Shown: positions 1 to 31,846 of the stretch, piece by piece
Position numbering within the stretch: the stretch's first letter is position 1
Layout: each line of letters starts with the position of its first letter
Assembly (NCBI GenBank): GCA_002269645.1
Contig: NIVC01000896.1
Coordinates: 124,001-188,000, forward strand
Length of the DNA: 64,000 nt
Origin: Macrostomum lignano
Lineage: Eukaryota
Direction of reading: 5' to 3'
Translations under genes and position numbers: made by a program
The notes under the pieces: generated by a model
What the model saw: only the letters and a program-made list of their open reading frames with translations
Databases searched by the model: none
Told to the model about the DNA's origin: nothing

Positions 1-3000
1 TAGCAGGGGCGCTGAGCCACCTAGGATACTCTTGATCACTGAGTCCGTGTGCGCCTTGCTCGGCTTAGAAAGCTGAATTGCAGAATTGAATAAAAACAAA
101 CTAAGGAATTTAAGCAGAGTGCAGCGTAGAAACCAAAAATCGCAAAACAAATTTGATTTGACCAACCGAAATCTGCGTATAGTTGTTGCTAACAGTAGCG
201 CCGTATACGTCAGAGACCACCACCTGAATGGTGACTACTTCACTAAAGAAAGGGAAAGGCCCGATGAAGTGCGGCTTGTGGTTGTAGCCCAGCAGAAGCG
301 AGGAAGTTTTGCCATTGACTTCCTTGACCACTGAAATTAGTAAAATATTTGCAATGTAGATATGAGCTGTTAAATGGAGCCGATATTCACTTAATAATAT
401 CGTAGGTGCAAGCTTGCCTACAGGATATACATATGGCAAACTTCCACACTTTATTTCTACTACAGCTAGGAGCTGCAACCCTTATCACAGAAAAATGAAC
501 TTTGACTCAGTTAAAATAGTCTCCTACTCAATATTAGTGGAAGTCTTGATAGGTGACGCAAGCATAATCTTTTGCTTGCTTGCCGTGTCCATGTTTTCTT
601 AGCTCGTTTTCTTAACTCGTAGCAGTTGGCTACACAGCAATAAGGTCCTAGATACCCGGGATATGATAAGGTGAAGCTGAAAAAGCTACTTACAGAAGAA
701 CTTGTAGGAATCGATGCCGTCATCGTCGCGGTATCCGGAGCAGGTGATGTTGAAGCCTGAAATACCGGCCACTCCGCTGGTGGCGTTGCAGCTGCAGGTG
801 CCTGCTGTAGGCATGGTGTTTGTGAACAACTGGATGCAGCCTTCGCCGTCGTAGTCCGTACCGTTAGCAACGTTCAAGCAGACTCGATATTTCCGCGAGT
901 TGACACTATTAAACAAGCCCGGACTAAATGAGATTTCGCTGTTGGATGTTCCTTCAATGAACTGGGAACGCGTAGTATCGTCCACGTCAACCCAGACGTT
1001 CAAATGGTTTAAATACTTGACGTGCCAGCTGGTGGACTGGCACGCCGACGGGCTTTCGGAGCAATTACAGCTGCCAGAAAGTTGAACAGTTTCAGATGGG
1101 TTCACGATTTGAAAGTCTGTCATGGATGCCACTCTGCGGCAGGCTGATAAGAAGCGGCATCTAAAAATTCGAATGGTTTCAGTTTAAAACTAGCGTTCCA
1201 AAATGAGATTAAATACATTTTGTTTGATCTGAGATTAGGATTTGGACTTACCGGAGTACCACTGTAGCTGGAAGATTATCAACCATCTGAATTCTGATAG
1301 ATGCCTTGCCCTTGCGGCCAGACTTGGTCCCCTGCACTTTGAAGATGTAAGTTCGTCCAGACAGAAGGTTTCGACCGTCGAAGCAGAGCACTCCTGAGCC
1401 ATCGTTGCTAACAATACCCGGTGGTGAACTGAAACAGCCAGACGCTGCTGGCGGACTGCCGGTAAAATCGAAGCTGCTGGGCTTGGGCGTCTGTAGTGGC
1501 GTAAGGCTATTGTCAGAAGGTTCGGCTTCTCCCTCTTGGTAGCAGTGGTAGATCCAACCTCCGATGCCTTGGTTAGATACACTAGTCGAGTTAACGTCAG
1601 GATCCCGAGAGAACATTTTTGGTTGTAGGCATATTTGCCGTCTAGTTGTTAGCTTGACCTCGCTCATTCCGCCATTGTTTAGGGCGATAAATAGTGGAGA
1701 ACTGCCAACTTGCAGGTACATTGAAGTCGAATTGGCAAACTCCTCAATAGTTATTGAAGTGTTCATCACCACTCTCACGGTCACCTTGTATAGTCCAACA
1801 TCAAGGAAGAGCTTCGGCACTGCTAGGATTGTATTTCCAGAGGACGGCAAGGCTGTCACGTTCACGGATCCAATGACACCGAAGCTGATAGGATCAAGCT
1901 TATAGAAATACCACTCCCGCTTGTTACTGAGGGTCAATTCGCAGGGCAATTCAATTATTCGGCACTCAATGATAGCTTGATCGGAACGCAGGATTTCCCT
2001 GGGCGAATCCGGTGTTGAGTAGCGCGCATCGGTAAACACGACCACAGGGGGGCGGCACTTGGCATTGGATACGGCTAGCGTTCCAGAGAAAGATGAGTTT
2101 GTGAATTCATTGCAGGCAAACACATTCACCTGGTACGTGCCTCTTTTATCGTAAACGACGTTAAAATCCAATCTGTTGTTTGTGACTAAAGCTCCAGTGT
2201 ACTGATAAGTATCGTCAAACGAACTGCCACATGTCGTATTGCAATTTGCTGGTCCATATACATATCGGTACTGGGGAAGACCCAGGTCGACAAACACGCA
2301 AGTATCGTCCGAGATGACATCCCAAACTAGAGAGACAGAGCGAGTCTCCTTCGGCTTTGTGACGCCATCATTGTCAACAACGCGGCCACCCAAAATTGAA
2401 CCACCAACAGTAATATTCATGGTTACAGTTGCATTGGACATTGGGTTCCAGGCGGTTAAAGTTACTTCGAAAGCTCCCGTCTGCATAAATGTGCGCAAAG
2501 TATTTTTTACGATTCTCCGACTTGCAGGTATACGCAATAGGAAAAAACTATTTTAAAAAGTAAAAAAAAAGAATGAAAAGGTGTACTTACTGTTTCGATG
2601 TACTTAAAGGCACTCTCGTTGGACGCAAAGACGCACAATTTGATGGCTGAGACGTTGACAGGAATAGGCTCAATGGAAAGTATGTAGCCTTGGATGTATC
2701 CTGTAAATTAGAAAATTGTATTAACTGACTTAAAGAATTGAAATATAAAGATAAAGGTTTCCTCTCATTTTGTGTGTAATAATGCTCAACGCACCGTCTG
2801 ATGTTGGTACAGCAACGAGGTCCTTCTTATTAGGGAACATCAGCTGGTTCGGTCCGTACCCGCTGCTAAGTTTAGTGTCACCCGGTGTGCGATATTTCAG
2901 GGTGAAGTTCAGATTTGTTATGTTGGTAAAGGTGCCGATCTGAAAGTTGATTATTGTTGAGTTTTTGATGCTGTATATAGAATTATGTAAGCATGTCAAT

Positions 3001-6000
3001 GCAAATTTAAATTAATATAGATACAAAAAGAAGCGAAGAAAATGTCAAGTATATTTGAGTTTTTGGCTCACCCTCGGTCCAGCCACGGTAAAGTTGCTTC
3101 CGTTATTATAGACGAAGAATGTGTAGTCGATGTACCCAGCAACGGGTGGGAAAAGGTTAAGCGTGGTAATTGGTATCACGACGGGCGAATTCTGCACGAC
3201 AGCGTCGCTGGAATCACGAACTTCAATCATGGCGCCGTAAGGAGCATCCGCTGAGGCTCCCGAGTACGTGAATGTAAACTCAAGTGGCCCTGAAATTTAA
3301 AAGTCAATCAGAATTCGAATTGAATAGCCAAATTTACTTTTGCAGCTTTTGCAACGAGAAAACAAGTGCAAACTTTAGAAATCAAGGTGGAGTTACTTAC
3401 TCCCGAAAGTTACATTGCCAGCATTGGTCAGGCCCAGAGTGCCGCTGTCCAATTTATTTACGACGGGGAGATTGTTTGTGTACACGAAGCAGTGGTACGG
3501 ATTACAGATGGTCAGATTCATGGTGAATGTTCCGTTTATAATGTAGGTGGCGTTCATCACTACTGTGCTTGTAGATGCAGCTGAAAGGGGCGAAGTGTTA
3601 TACGAGCCTAAGCATTGGTTGATTAAAAATTTAACCAATGATATTTTTATACTGGGAGATAAATTTATAACTTACAATCAATCCAGTACGTTATTGCAGG
3701 ATTTCCATCGCCAGGATTCAAAGTAATCGTAATGTTTGTGCCAGAGTCCACGTTTACTATAGCTCTGGCTACTTCGCCTTTGGCAAGTACCGGTGGAGTA
3801 AAGAGGACTGTCGGATTTTCGATTGGTTTTACCACAATGATGCTGGTGCTGTTGGAAGCCGTGGATGGTATAGGATTCTTAGCAGAAAAGCTGACTGCAT
3901 AGCCTCCTACTGCTGTGTATGTGTGGTTGTAGTCAACGTTGAGTTGCACGTTATTGAACGTACTGATTGGAGTTCCGTCGCCCCAAGTGAAGTTAGCTGT
4001 GGTCAAAGACGGTGGCGAGCCAACCACCAGTTGCAGCTGAAATCCCACCGGCGTGTTGAGTGTAGCGACTGAAGGACCGACCAGTTGGTAAATTCCAAGA
4101 GGCGCTATTACGTGCACCGTCAGCGTCAAAACTTCAAAGCCAAGCAGATTGCTCGCGTTAAGTGTCACTGTGTAGTCGCCGCCGGTAGCGTACGTGGTGT
4201 TTGGTAGAATAATGCGTCCGCCCCACGGCTCAATGTCTTCAGTGGTGTAATTGAAGCTATTTCCATCACCGAAAGCTAAGTCGATTTGAACACCGCTGCC
4301 TTTTGTCATGCTGATTTTAAACGAAGCTACTGAGCCGATCTCTTGCACTGCGTTGTCTATTGTGATGTTGAGGCCTGCGATACGCTCCTGAACTGTGAAG
4401 TTCATTACCGTGAGCACGTCGCTGACATTGTTGTAGGCTCGGCTGATCAGAACGTACTTACCGACGGCAGCTATTGTAACGGGTTCCATATCTACTTCTA
4501 GAAGTGGTTCGTTATAGGTCATCGCCCTAGTCAGATTAAGCAATAGCGCCTCAAATTTAGGATGGGTACAGTTGTTCAACCGAAACTTGAGCTGAATGGC
4601 CACATTCACCTCCGCAGCTTTTGTAACAAGTTGAAATGTTGTGACGGGAACTTCAACATAAAGTACATTACTACGGCTGTCACTGGTCAGAAAATTAGTG
4701 CAGGTGGCATTTACATTGTAGTAACCTATGTTTGCCAACGGTGGAATTCGCATAGCGTTGCTAGAGACGTAGTAAGTGCTCCCGGGTGAAATGCTAAACG
4801 TGCAGTTGTAGTCCGTACCAGTTGCTAGCACAACTGTTGCAGCAGAATCGTTTCCAAATATCTGCCCGTCAAGAACCAGCGCGCTGATGTTGACTCGCTC
4901 AATTATCTGGAAGCTGGTGCTGTTGGTCTTGTTCTCAAACACTGTAAAAGCTGTGACATTGATGAAGCCCGGTCCTGCGCTGCTGTAGCTGTAGGTACTT
5001 ACTGGGACTGAGGTGGATTCGGTCGTGCTTGAGTCACTATACGACCAGTTGTATTTAACATCTACACCCGTATGAGGCTCAAGAGCAATGTTGCACGGCT
5101 CCCGGGCGAGAACATACTTGACTGGGACAAATCGTGTGTCGTTGATGTTCGGCTGAATCCAAACAGATTGACTAGCGTTTGACTCTACTCCAGTCAAGTA
5201 GGCATTGGATATTGTCACTTTGACGGTAAAGTTTCCTGTTGTAGAGTAGGTACGGTCAAGCCGGTGCGACGTCACCGGTCGAGAGATTGCGGATATTTGA
5301 TGCTGCATGGGCTGAGCAGTCAAGTCGGACGAGGTTGTTAGAGTAGTCGGACTGCTAACTGAGGAGAACGAATAGTCGTTTCCCTCTACGACGCTAACAG
5401 GCCTGGCCGCTACTATGGCGACACTTCCCCAGAAACCGATTTTATCACCCGGCAACACCAGGAACTGGTCGGTCACTGGCAGCAAGTTGTAGCCTACTTG
5501 GGCTGAGACCGAATACTTCTTAGCGACATTAAACGTTGAGTGCAGACTTCTGGTGACATTTCTCTTGGTTGCTTTTGTGGCGCAAGTGGAACCGCTGGCT
5601 TGCCAGCAGTTCTCAGTCGCTGGGCAGAGAATTTCTGATGTTGCCGCGCAGTCGATGTCGCTGTTACACGCGTTACTAGCATCGCAGATATCTTTGGAAT
5701 AACAATAGTATGGCGTTCCACCCGAGCAAGCAGGACGAAGAATCTGTGAAGAAAAGTGGCAAAGGAAAATACATTCAAATCAGAGCCTAATAGGCAGAAA
5801 ATATATCCATTGTACTCGTATGATAGTTTCTAATGCACAATAGCCCCATCGTGAGCTTATGAGCAATATTCAGAAGTTCACTACGAGAAGCTGAACAGAC
5901 AGAAAAATGGAAAAATAGCAAAGACTCTACAGGAAAGTCATTTACTGAATATTTGATGAAGCAATTTTCTCTCGGCCCACACAAAAGCCAAGCGAACAGC

Positions 6001-7360
6001 TGCAACGTTCCCAGATGCAGAAGCTCTCTTTACTAGTTTGTAGACTACTCTGTATAAGGGTAAACTCCCTATGTACTGCGAATTAAACTTTATTACACTC
6101 ACCAGCAACTCAAGTGATCCAGCTGTATGAGCAAAAAACTCAAAAGCTTGCAGTGTTCCTTCGAACTTGAAATCCGCAGCGACAAGAGCGCCAGTAATTG
6201 AGGAATTCTCCATCTCGGAATTTTGCGTAGCCACTGGCGAGCCGGCGCGGTCCCACGGTGGGTCTGCAGTTATAAATGGCCGGTTATTGCAACTAGTAAA
6301 CGAGCACACTCACTGTATAGTAATTCTTTAGTAAGGCTTTAAGGGTAAGATTATCGTACCTGCCACAATGAAGTTCTCAGTGGTCCCATCGCCCCAATTG
6401 ATCAGGGCTCTCAACCCAGTGCCAGAGGCGATGCTCAGCACGCACTGCATCTGCTTCTCAGTGATCCACACGGACGGGCAGGTGAGGTTTATACCGGACA
6501 GAGGCTCGGTCACCTTGATTTGAAGGGCGCCACTGCCGATCTGAAATATGACAAATCGAATATTCCAATGAAGCTAGTGAAAACCTCTCTAAAAAGAATA
6601 TTCGGAGTCTGTAGAATCAAACTCGACTCTCTTACCACCGTATTTTCGTACTGATAAGCCTGAGCCTTGATGTTAAACACTCCAGGCTGAATGTAAGACT
6701 TGTTCGTGGCGTAGCCGTTCGACATAATCAGCTCCTTTCGGAATCGATCGTCCGCATAGCCAAGGCGCGTCGAGAAAGTGTTCGACAGCGGAGCGCTGAC
6801 ATTCAAGGCTTTCACTTCGAGCGGCGTGTTGACAGCGACCTCTGTCGTGGCTCCGACAGTCACCTCAAGATCTTCGATGCTCGTGGCGATTTCAGAATTG
6901 TACACCTGGATTACGTTTAAATCGAAATATTTTTGCTTGGCATTGCTCTAAAGCTGAAATTCTTTGACGTAAAAATATTAAAAATTACTAGCAACTCACA
7001 GCAACATATTCAGGCGCCGTGCATGCCGCCGCAGCCAAATCGGTGATGTTGAAATCAGCCGTCTGGTTGATGTTGTCAGAGCAGAAGCAGAACCGAGACT
7101 GCCATATCGCGGCGTAGGCGAACGACATCTGCTGGCAGCGGCTCGTGCACACCACGGGCTCCGTGGCCAGCAGATCCGGGTCATAATCGCCGGGCGACTG
7201 TATGAACACTCTTTCCTGGCTCTTCTCTTCGAAGCAGCCGGCAAATGTAACAGCACTGGCCTCTGGAGGCAGCAGAAGTGCGCAGGCGCCAAGCAGAAAT
7301 GCTGGCAGAGTCGCCTGAAGTAGCAAAAACAATACACTGGCTATGATTGCTTTTTCTATT
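1..7360 (-). CDS. PKD1-like: Polycystin-1 (PKD1)-like receptor, N-terminal ectodomain (signal peptide, WSC, PKD repeats, REJ); continues beyond the left edge
   Basis: Phase-consistent GT-AG exons: ~7360-7000, 6905-6636, 6540-6360, 6263-6103, 5743-3676, 3580-3401, 3289-3072, 2939-2795, 2700-2591, 2480-1252, 1133-694, 330-167, 72-<1. A hydrophobic leader is followed by a WSC pattern (FAGCFEE...CTSRCQQMSFAYAAIWQSRFCFCS). There are repeated PKD motifs (INWGDGT, LAFGDGN..YATGGDYTVTLNASN, FTWGDGT..HTYTAVGGYAVSFSAKN) and REJ-like segments (NPSETVQLSGSC, IQVVVSDVYGA). The start codon is unresolved, and GPS/transmembrane parts lie outside the window. Confidence 0.88.
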
Positions 7361-10300
7361 CTTGTGGAGTGAAAATAAAACTCTGTCTCAATATGGTCGT
7401 CTCATCAGTGTTCTGAAGAAATTTTCAAAAGAATAATAAAAGCAACACAGTTTCAAAGTAAAATTTAGAATAAGAATCCTATCTAAGCTGTCATAAAAAA
7501 ATTAGGCCACATTTTTTAAATTTAATACTGTTGAAAAAAATGACGTGAAAGTCTTACCATTAGACGCATTCCTGATCGAGTGTTAGGACTTTTTATAACT
7601 TGCTTGATTGCGACAAGGCACTTGGTGGGTTTTTATTAAAGACGAAGAACTCAGCTAGGAAATCGAAGCCAGTCGGTGAAAGCCAGTTCTCGGGTCTGCT
7701 TTTTAAGTCGAAGAGACGCTCGCTGTTTTTCGACGAGGTCTGAGTGGGGTTAGACCGATCGAAGAGAGACCAAATACGATAGGCCTTGCCGATCTTAGCG
7801 CAGGGAGGCTTCAATTCTTACCTGATTTCCAGCCAATTGCGGGATCTTAGAGGCTGCAAAAATGGCCACGAGGAGAGAGAGATTTGTAAAGAGAGACAGG
7901 GGAGAGAAGGAGCGGAGAGACAGAGAGACAGAGAGAGAGAAACACGGGGGCGATGGTGAAAATACCAGAGCAAACCTGCCAGGCTCAGCATTTTCTGCTT
8001 TTGTTTGCTGCCTGGTTGCTCTTGGTGACCAATTTCCGCTGGGCTTTCGGATCCCCTCCCCACGCCTAAGCCGCTGGTTTCTCCCGCCCTCCCCCTCCCA
8101 GCCCTCTTCCTCTCTCATTCACCTCCCACCCGTGGGAAGCGAGGAAGTTTGCTGCACAGGGTGGCTTCCTGCTGAATAGGGGGCCAGGATTGAATTGAGA
8201 ATTCGGATAGAAAGCCATTTTCATCGATAAATTCTGAATCGACAGAGAAACAGAGGGGAGAGAAACAGGGGATAGAATTAGAGGACCGCGTACTTCGATC
8301 ATACACTCTTCTTCTACCGTAAATCCCGGTGGCCAGCACAGCAATGAAGTTTGGAATTGATCAAGAGAGAGAGAGAGATGTCGCTCCCACCCAGCTGCCT
8401 AGCGTTGCGCTACGACTGCAGGCTGCTATGAATCAAAATAGACACCAGCAGCAAACAAAGCTAACAAAGGATAGGAAAGCCTCGCTGCCTCCCCACTGAG
8501 GTGGGGGATGCAGTTGGAAGACAATCGAATGACTGCAACGCTTCCGTTTCGTTTAAATCCATGCAATCCCTATCTTCCTAGGTTTGAGTCGCTGGTCCAA
8601 CGAAGAGTTTTTGGGGAAGGGAGGCTGCTGGGAATCGGGAAGCGGCACTCCCCACTCCGCGCTCTCCCAAACCTGCTGAAATCTCCGGTGCCTGCTGGCA
8701 TGGTTACCGAAAAATGTTTGCCGAGAATGGAGCTCAAACCAGGCTGTCTCTCTGTCTGTCTGTCTCTATCGCTTTCTCCCAGGGCTTCTGCTTCTGAATC
8801 CTTTTTCTTTTTTTACCTCCAAACCCATCTTTTAAGGCAGGTTTTAATGCATGAGCTTTTCCGGCTTTTTGTCTCGTCGGTCCTCCATTTCCTTTGCATT
8901 CATTGTAAAGGCTTTGGTTCTTATTTTTGTCGCTGTGATGTTGGAAAAAGCAGGCTTGCTCGTAGTTTGTATGAATTGGGGTAAATTTGCAGAATCTGCA
9001 TGCAGACAACGTGTTCTATATCTTTGTCGTTTGCAAATATTCATGCGAGATATCTTTTTAAAGACTTTTTGTCAGTTTTCCTTTTATCTGCGAGCTACTC
9101 TTTTATAAAATGCTTTCTGTTCTACATTGCAGTTTGGCTGCGACATGCAGCTCTCTAATGTAGTACATGCAGCCTTTAAAACACAGCAAATGCCATTAGC
9201 TTCTGTCCGTCAGTCTGAATCTGGTTCTGAGTATCTGTTGACTTCACCCTCAGTGACTGAAAAGTACAGAAGCTGATATCGACAGAGGTAAAATATTTGC
9301 ATTTTTTCCCAACATGCATCTGTCACTCCGAGACAAAAAAATTGACACTGAATAAATATTTTTTAAACGTACTGACACTTGCTATTGAACGATAGATTTT
9401 GGTTTTTCAAATATTGATTTTATATTTTTAGTTGGTAATAGTTGTGACTGCAATAGTTGCAAAGCTGTGACTGGTGGCTTAAATTAGTTGACACGCACTA
9501 ATATATTATCAATAATTAAAAACACAGCACTACAATGAGGGAGATCGGCGTAACTTTCATCAACAGTATTCGACAACATTTAAACAAAAAATAAACGGAT
9601 AATTCAAAACACGTGCACAATCAACAATAACATGGTCTTTAATGTCGAATATCTAAAAGTTAAATGCCATTGACGAGACGGTACGGTAAACACAAGCGTA
9701 TGGTGGCAATGCGATGCATTTTACACGGATATAATCTTTGTTTTAACTTGCATATTGTATACACCAAAAATAACGCCATATTCATAGAATTTCTCAATCT
9801 ATGTGTAGGGGTACATCAAAAACTGTCGGTAAAAACTAAACTATGGATTAAATTCGACTAATAAACATTTTAAAATAATTGTTTTTTAGTAGTATACATT
9901 CAAATATTAAATTTAATACATTTTTAATTCGTATTAATGATGAAATGTTTTTGAAAAGTTTATTACTCGTGAGCGAAAATGGAATCCAACCGGAAATGGT
10001 TATTTAAATTGCCAACATAATTTTTTTAGGATTTTAGGATTGATATTTCATAAACTAAAAGTCGCATACTGAACATAATTAATACACAATAAAACAGCAT
10101 GAAACTCATGACTAAATACGGCCATTAAACTGAAAAAAAATTTGCAAAACAGATCACAATATTGAATGGATATACAGCAAAAAACTATTTCAGACGAACT
10201 ATAAATATTTCAAAAAAGCAAGGACAAGGGTAGCTAAACCAGAGATGAGACACTATTTTACTTGACGCTGATGTTTGCTGCTAAATCAATTTTTTAGAAA

Positions 10301-10940
10301 ACATTTCGGACCGCTGGCACGAAATCACTAATATTTCACGTCCTGAAACCACCAATTTGTAAATCAAATAAGCGTTATTATGAGCCACATCACAATTTTA
10401 TTATCAAGCTTATTTTTTAATGTTACAAGCATTTAATGCGACAGTGTTTTGTGTCTTTGAAGAAAATTTTTTCGAACATTTAAAAGTCCAGATGTTGAGA
10501 TATTGAATTTAGTGATGCATTTTTCAGCGAAAACCAGCCTACAGCAGCATCCGCTGTTTCAGTTGTTTTACTAGACTAGAGAAACTCGCACGAAAATAAT
10601 TTTGCAACTGTCTCGTTAATTAAGCTGGTGCTTTTTAATCAACTGCCCTGGCATCCATTTAATTAAACAGAAAGCTTTTTCTCATAGCAATTACATAAAA
10701 ATAATTAAACGTAATATTTTAACAGAATTACAACTTCAATGTACTAACAATGTCCATCAAGATTAATTAGAGAGCGAGAAAAATATTTATTGGGAACGAA
10801 TAATAGGCTCAATGTTGACTAAAACAAAACAATTATTAATTAATTAACTGAAAAACTACAATGACATTAATTCACCAGAAAAAGCTACAAAAACCAGCGT
10901 GGGATAGTCATTGTTTTATTGACTTGGCGTTGATCAATTG

Positions 10941-28803
<17,863 letters not shown>

Positions 28804-31484
28804 GTCACTAAAGTTGTTTGTCTAGTGCAAGCGGCTTTAGGCGAGTCTGAAAAGTTGAGTCAATGAGTAATAAGATCAGTGTCTTTTGGAATAATAAATA
28901 ACTATTGTCTTCAATGCTACACCACCTTTAGTTATTCGTCTGTCTCGACTACCCCTCCTTATAGAAATGAGTGCAGTATTTTTTTCATAAATTTATATTC
29001 CGTCTGGATTGGAGAGGGAGCTACAGCCCTCTTTGGCTTTAGCGGCAGACGTATGAAGGGATAAGGGAAGAGTGGGGCACTGAGAAGCGGATTGGGGCCT
29101 CCCAGGTCCAGTGAGGACTTGGTTGGAGCAGAGGAATGGCCTAGGTGCGGTAGAGAAAGAGCGAGATGGGGGAGACCGGGAGGGCAAGGCTGAGCTTCCC
29201 CAGCCAACTGCACTTAGTGGGCTTGGGAAACTGCAGGGTAGGGCAGACGGATAGCGGAGGCGAGGGGCAGAGAGATGGAAAGAGAAACTGGGAAGAGGAT
29301 GGGGAGTTGCATCGAGTGAGCTAACAGGAATGATAGAATGACAGAAGCGGGACTGTCTGTTCCAATACAGCCAATCGCCTAGTGCCAGTGACTGTCTCTG
29401 GAATACTCGTCTATCACAGCTTTAGTTGGGAAATGTATTGGGCTAATAGTGAATACTGAATTGCGCTTGCCTGGTTTCGACTGTCGAGCATACAGGAAAT
29501 TTCTGTTGATTGAGCGGAGCGAGCACAGAAAATGACGGCCTGTCTTCGAATTCCCACCAAAGCCCCGAGGGCTGGTAAGAAAGTCCTGGGCTGTAGTTGC
29601 AATGCCTCCGGGAGGACGAAAATTTAATAAATCGCGTCGAAAAACTCAACTGCTAAGGCATTTAAGATTGATGTGGAAACTGTTTTGTCTGGATTCGAAT
29701 CTGTCTCATTTACCAAATCGTGTTTTCTTCTGGAAGACAGAAAAGAAAAGCTACTCAAGTAAGTGTCATTATTTCCTAAGCACTTGCGCTACCTTATAAG
29801 TTCCTCCTCGTGATTGAATTTTTTCTGTCCTTCTTGCTCATTTTTGTACAGTACTCCAAAAAGTGAGTGCATTATTGGGCTCGGGACTCAAGAGCGGTAA
29901 GGGGTTGTTGGACAATGAAATTGGTGGCTTGACACGCCCCAGTGGCCTCAGCCAATTGCTTACAATATACGACCTTAATCTGATCGCGCCTCTCTAATTC
30001 TGAACGAGCGAGAGAACTAGAAACTGTCCGCTAATGAGGAAGAGAAGGGAGGGGGTGTACATTGAGCTAGCTGAGGGGGTGAGTGGGGAAATGTACACTC
30101 TGGCCCAAATAACGCACAACCCCCCCCCACCCGCCAAGCCCGCGGGCAAAACTGATAAGTGAATGGTCGACACTCTCAGTGGGGGTTCCCAGTGCTAACT
30201 GCTGGAGTTTGTCACCCTTATAGAGGGAGGGGGTGGGGAGTTTGCGGAGTTAAAATCAGCCAAGCACGAACTAAACTAAACTCAGTAAACTGAAACGAAA
30301 ACGATTAGTTCGCTTTGCTCTGTCTGCTAATGCTAGTTTCTGGTCAGAAAAGCAAGATTAACAGTCAAACCGCCCCTGATCCCTCCGGACTCCGGAGTCC
30401 ACGCAGAGGTCTATACTCTATATACTACTTATGTGTATATTTACATGTAGCGACTGTAGTTAGAATAAATTACTAAATTATACTATATCAAAAAAGTGTA
30501 TCCTTGCGTGTTATAAATTCGATATTTTTATTATGCAACTTAGCTTCGTGAATCGTGACGTGAAGCCCGTTCGAGTTCGATGAAGTTGATAGTTGATACT
30601 CCATCTTCAGCATTTTTCTTTCTGAAAAAAAGCTTCGCATGCTATCCCCAAGAGTCGAGAGAATTTGGCATAAACATGTTTTGACCGTTTAGTCCTTTGG
30701 AGACGATTTCGCGAAGTCTGGTAATGTACTTTCAATCGAAAGCTTTACACGTTCATAAATATCAACCGGCAACAAGCTTTCGATGGTTCATTCAGCTTTC
30801 GAAACCTATTAACCGAATGAAAGTCATATTGAATATTTCATGCGATGGTATATAGAAATTTACAGACTTGAAATATTAACCAATCTTCGTTTTGAAGCCA
30901 TGCAGACGGAATTTTTGACGACGCCTCACAGAAACGAGATCAACTATGCACAAGAGTCTGGGGGCTAGTGACGCTGTCAGAGTGGGACTATAGAAGCTCA
31001 AGGTTTGCTAACATCAAGGGGGCTCCTAAGTGTGAATCATTGATGAGTGGGATGCTGTTTTGCCCCCCTCTAATCTCATAGTAGCGATGCTAAGGGGAAC
31101 ACCTGAGCCCGTATTTTTCTTGCTATCTGGCATCGCGCTCTGTATCAATTGCTTTTCCTTCTCTGCTACGTTAGCTCTCTTCCCCGATTCTCTCAGGTGC
31201 TCGAGTGCGGACGTCACGGCATGAAAGACAGACTTTAGCCGATTCAGTTGATTTCGAGCTTTGCTGTTTTTTAATTCTATGCGAAGAAGATGCTTATTTG
31301 TTAATATTATCTTCACAGCTCAAAAAACAGGGTGGATTTTTTTGATGCGTTCTTTGATAAACTTGCATACCCCAGGGGTTCTTTTATCTCAATCAGTACT
31401 CCATAGAGCGTTTCTCAACGCATCCTGATTATTATTTTACCAATAATAATACAGTATTAGTAATAAAAAATAACTGATTACACC

Positions 31485-31649
31485 TGTAAGAACAAGCGAA
31501 AACGAGAAATTGGCTTAAGGCGTAGACCGACTCTTGGCTGCCCAGGGCGCCAAGGCATTCACTTATATATTATCATTGTACAGCGAGCAAATGTACATAA
31601 GAGCTAGTGAACGTGCGCACACGCAATCAACTAAGCAAACCATCTTACA
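31485..31649 (-). repeat. 3' LTR
   Basis: TG...CA termini with TGTAAG/CTTACA inverted ends; identical by eye to 36526-36690. Confidence 0.97.
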
Positions 31650-31652
31650 ATG

Positions 31653-31665
31653 CTCTCCTTCTTTC
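31653..31665 (-). other. Polypurine tract (GAAAGAAGGAGAG)
   Basis: Purine run ending 3 nt upstream of the 3' LTR on the element strand. Confidence 0.85.
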
Positions 31666-31846
31666 AAAAAGTGTTCCACTCACTTTCTGCATTTTTCGTT
31701 GTGTTAAAAAAAGTTACGAGTATGAGTTCGACGAATTCTGATCGAATATTTGAACGAATAAATATTTGAGGAAATAAAAGTGGAAATTAAAATGAACTTA
31801 AGCAATGTCAATGTTTAAAAAAAAAACTATCTAAGAAAATCTGCAT

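Noticed and set aside
1-30. hAT-like terminus CAGGGGCGC at the window start
   Set aside because: It lies in an in-phase coding exon of the PKD1-like gene (…ILGGSAPLL).
9132-9288. Possible plus-strand exon bounded by AG and GT
   Set aside because: The frame I read contains a stop and no partner exons were found; at most a non-coding exon.
29530-31260. Divergent plus-strand gene (ATG…GCTG|GTAAGA near 29575, acceptor near 31197)
   Set aside because: Only isolated splice-like signals, with very short coding potential and no recognisable protein; it needs RNA evidence.
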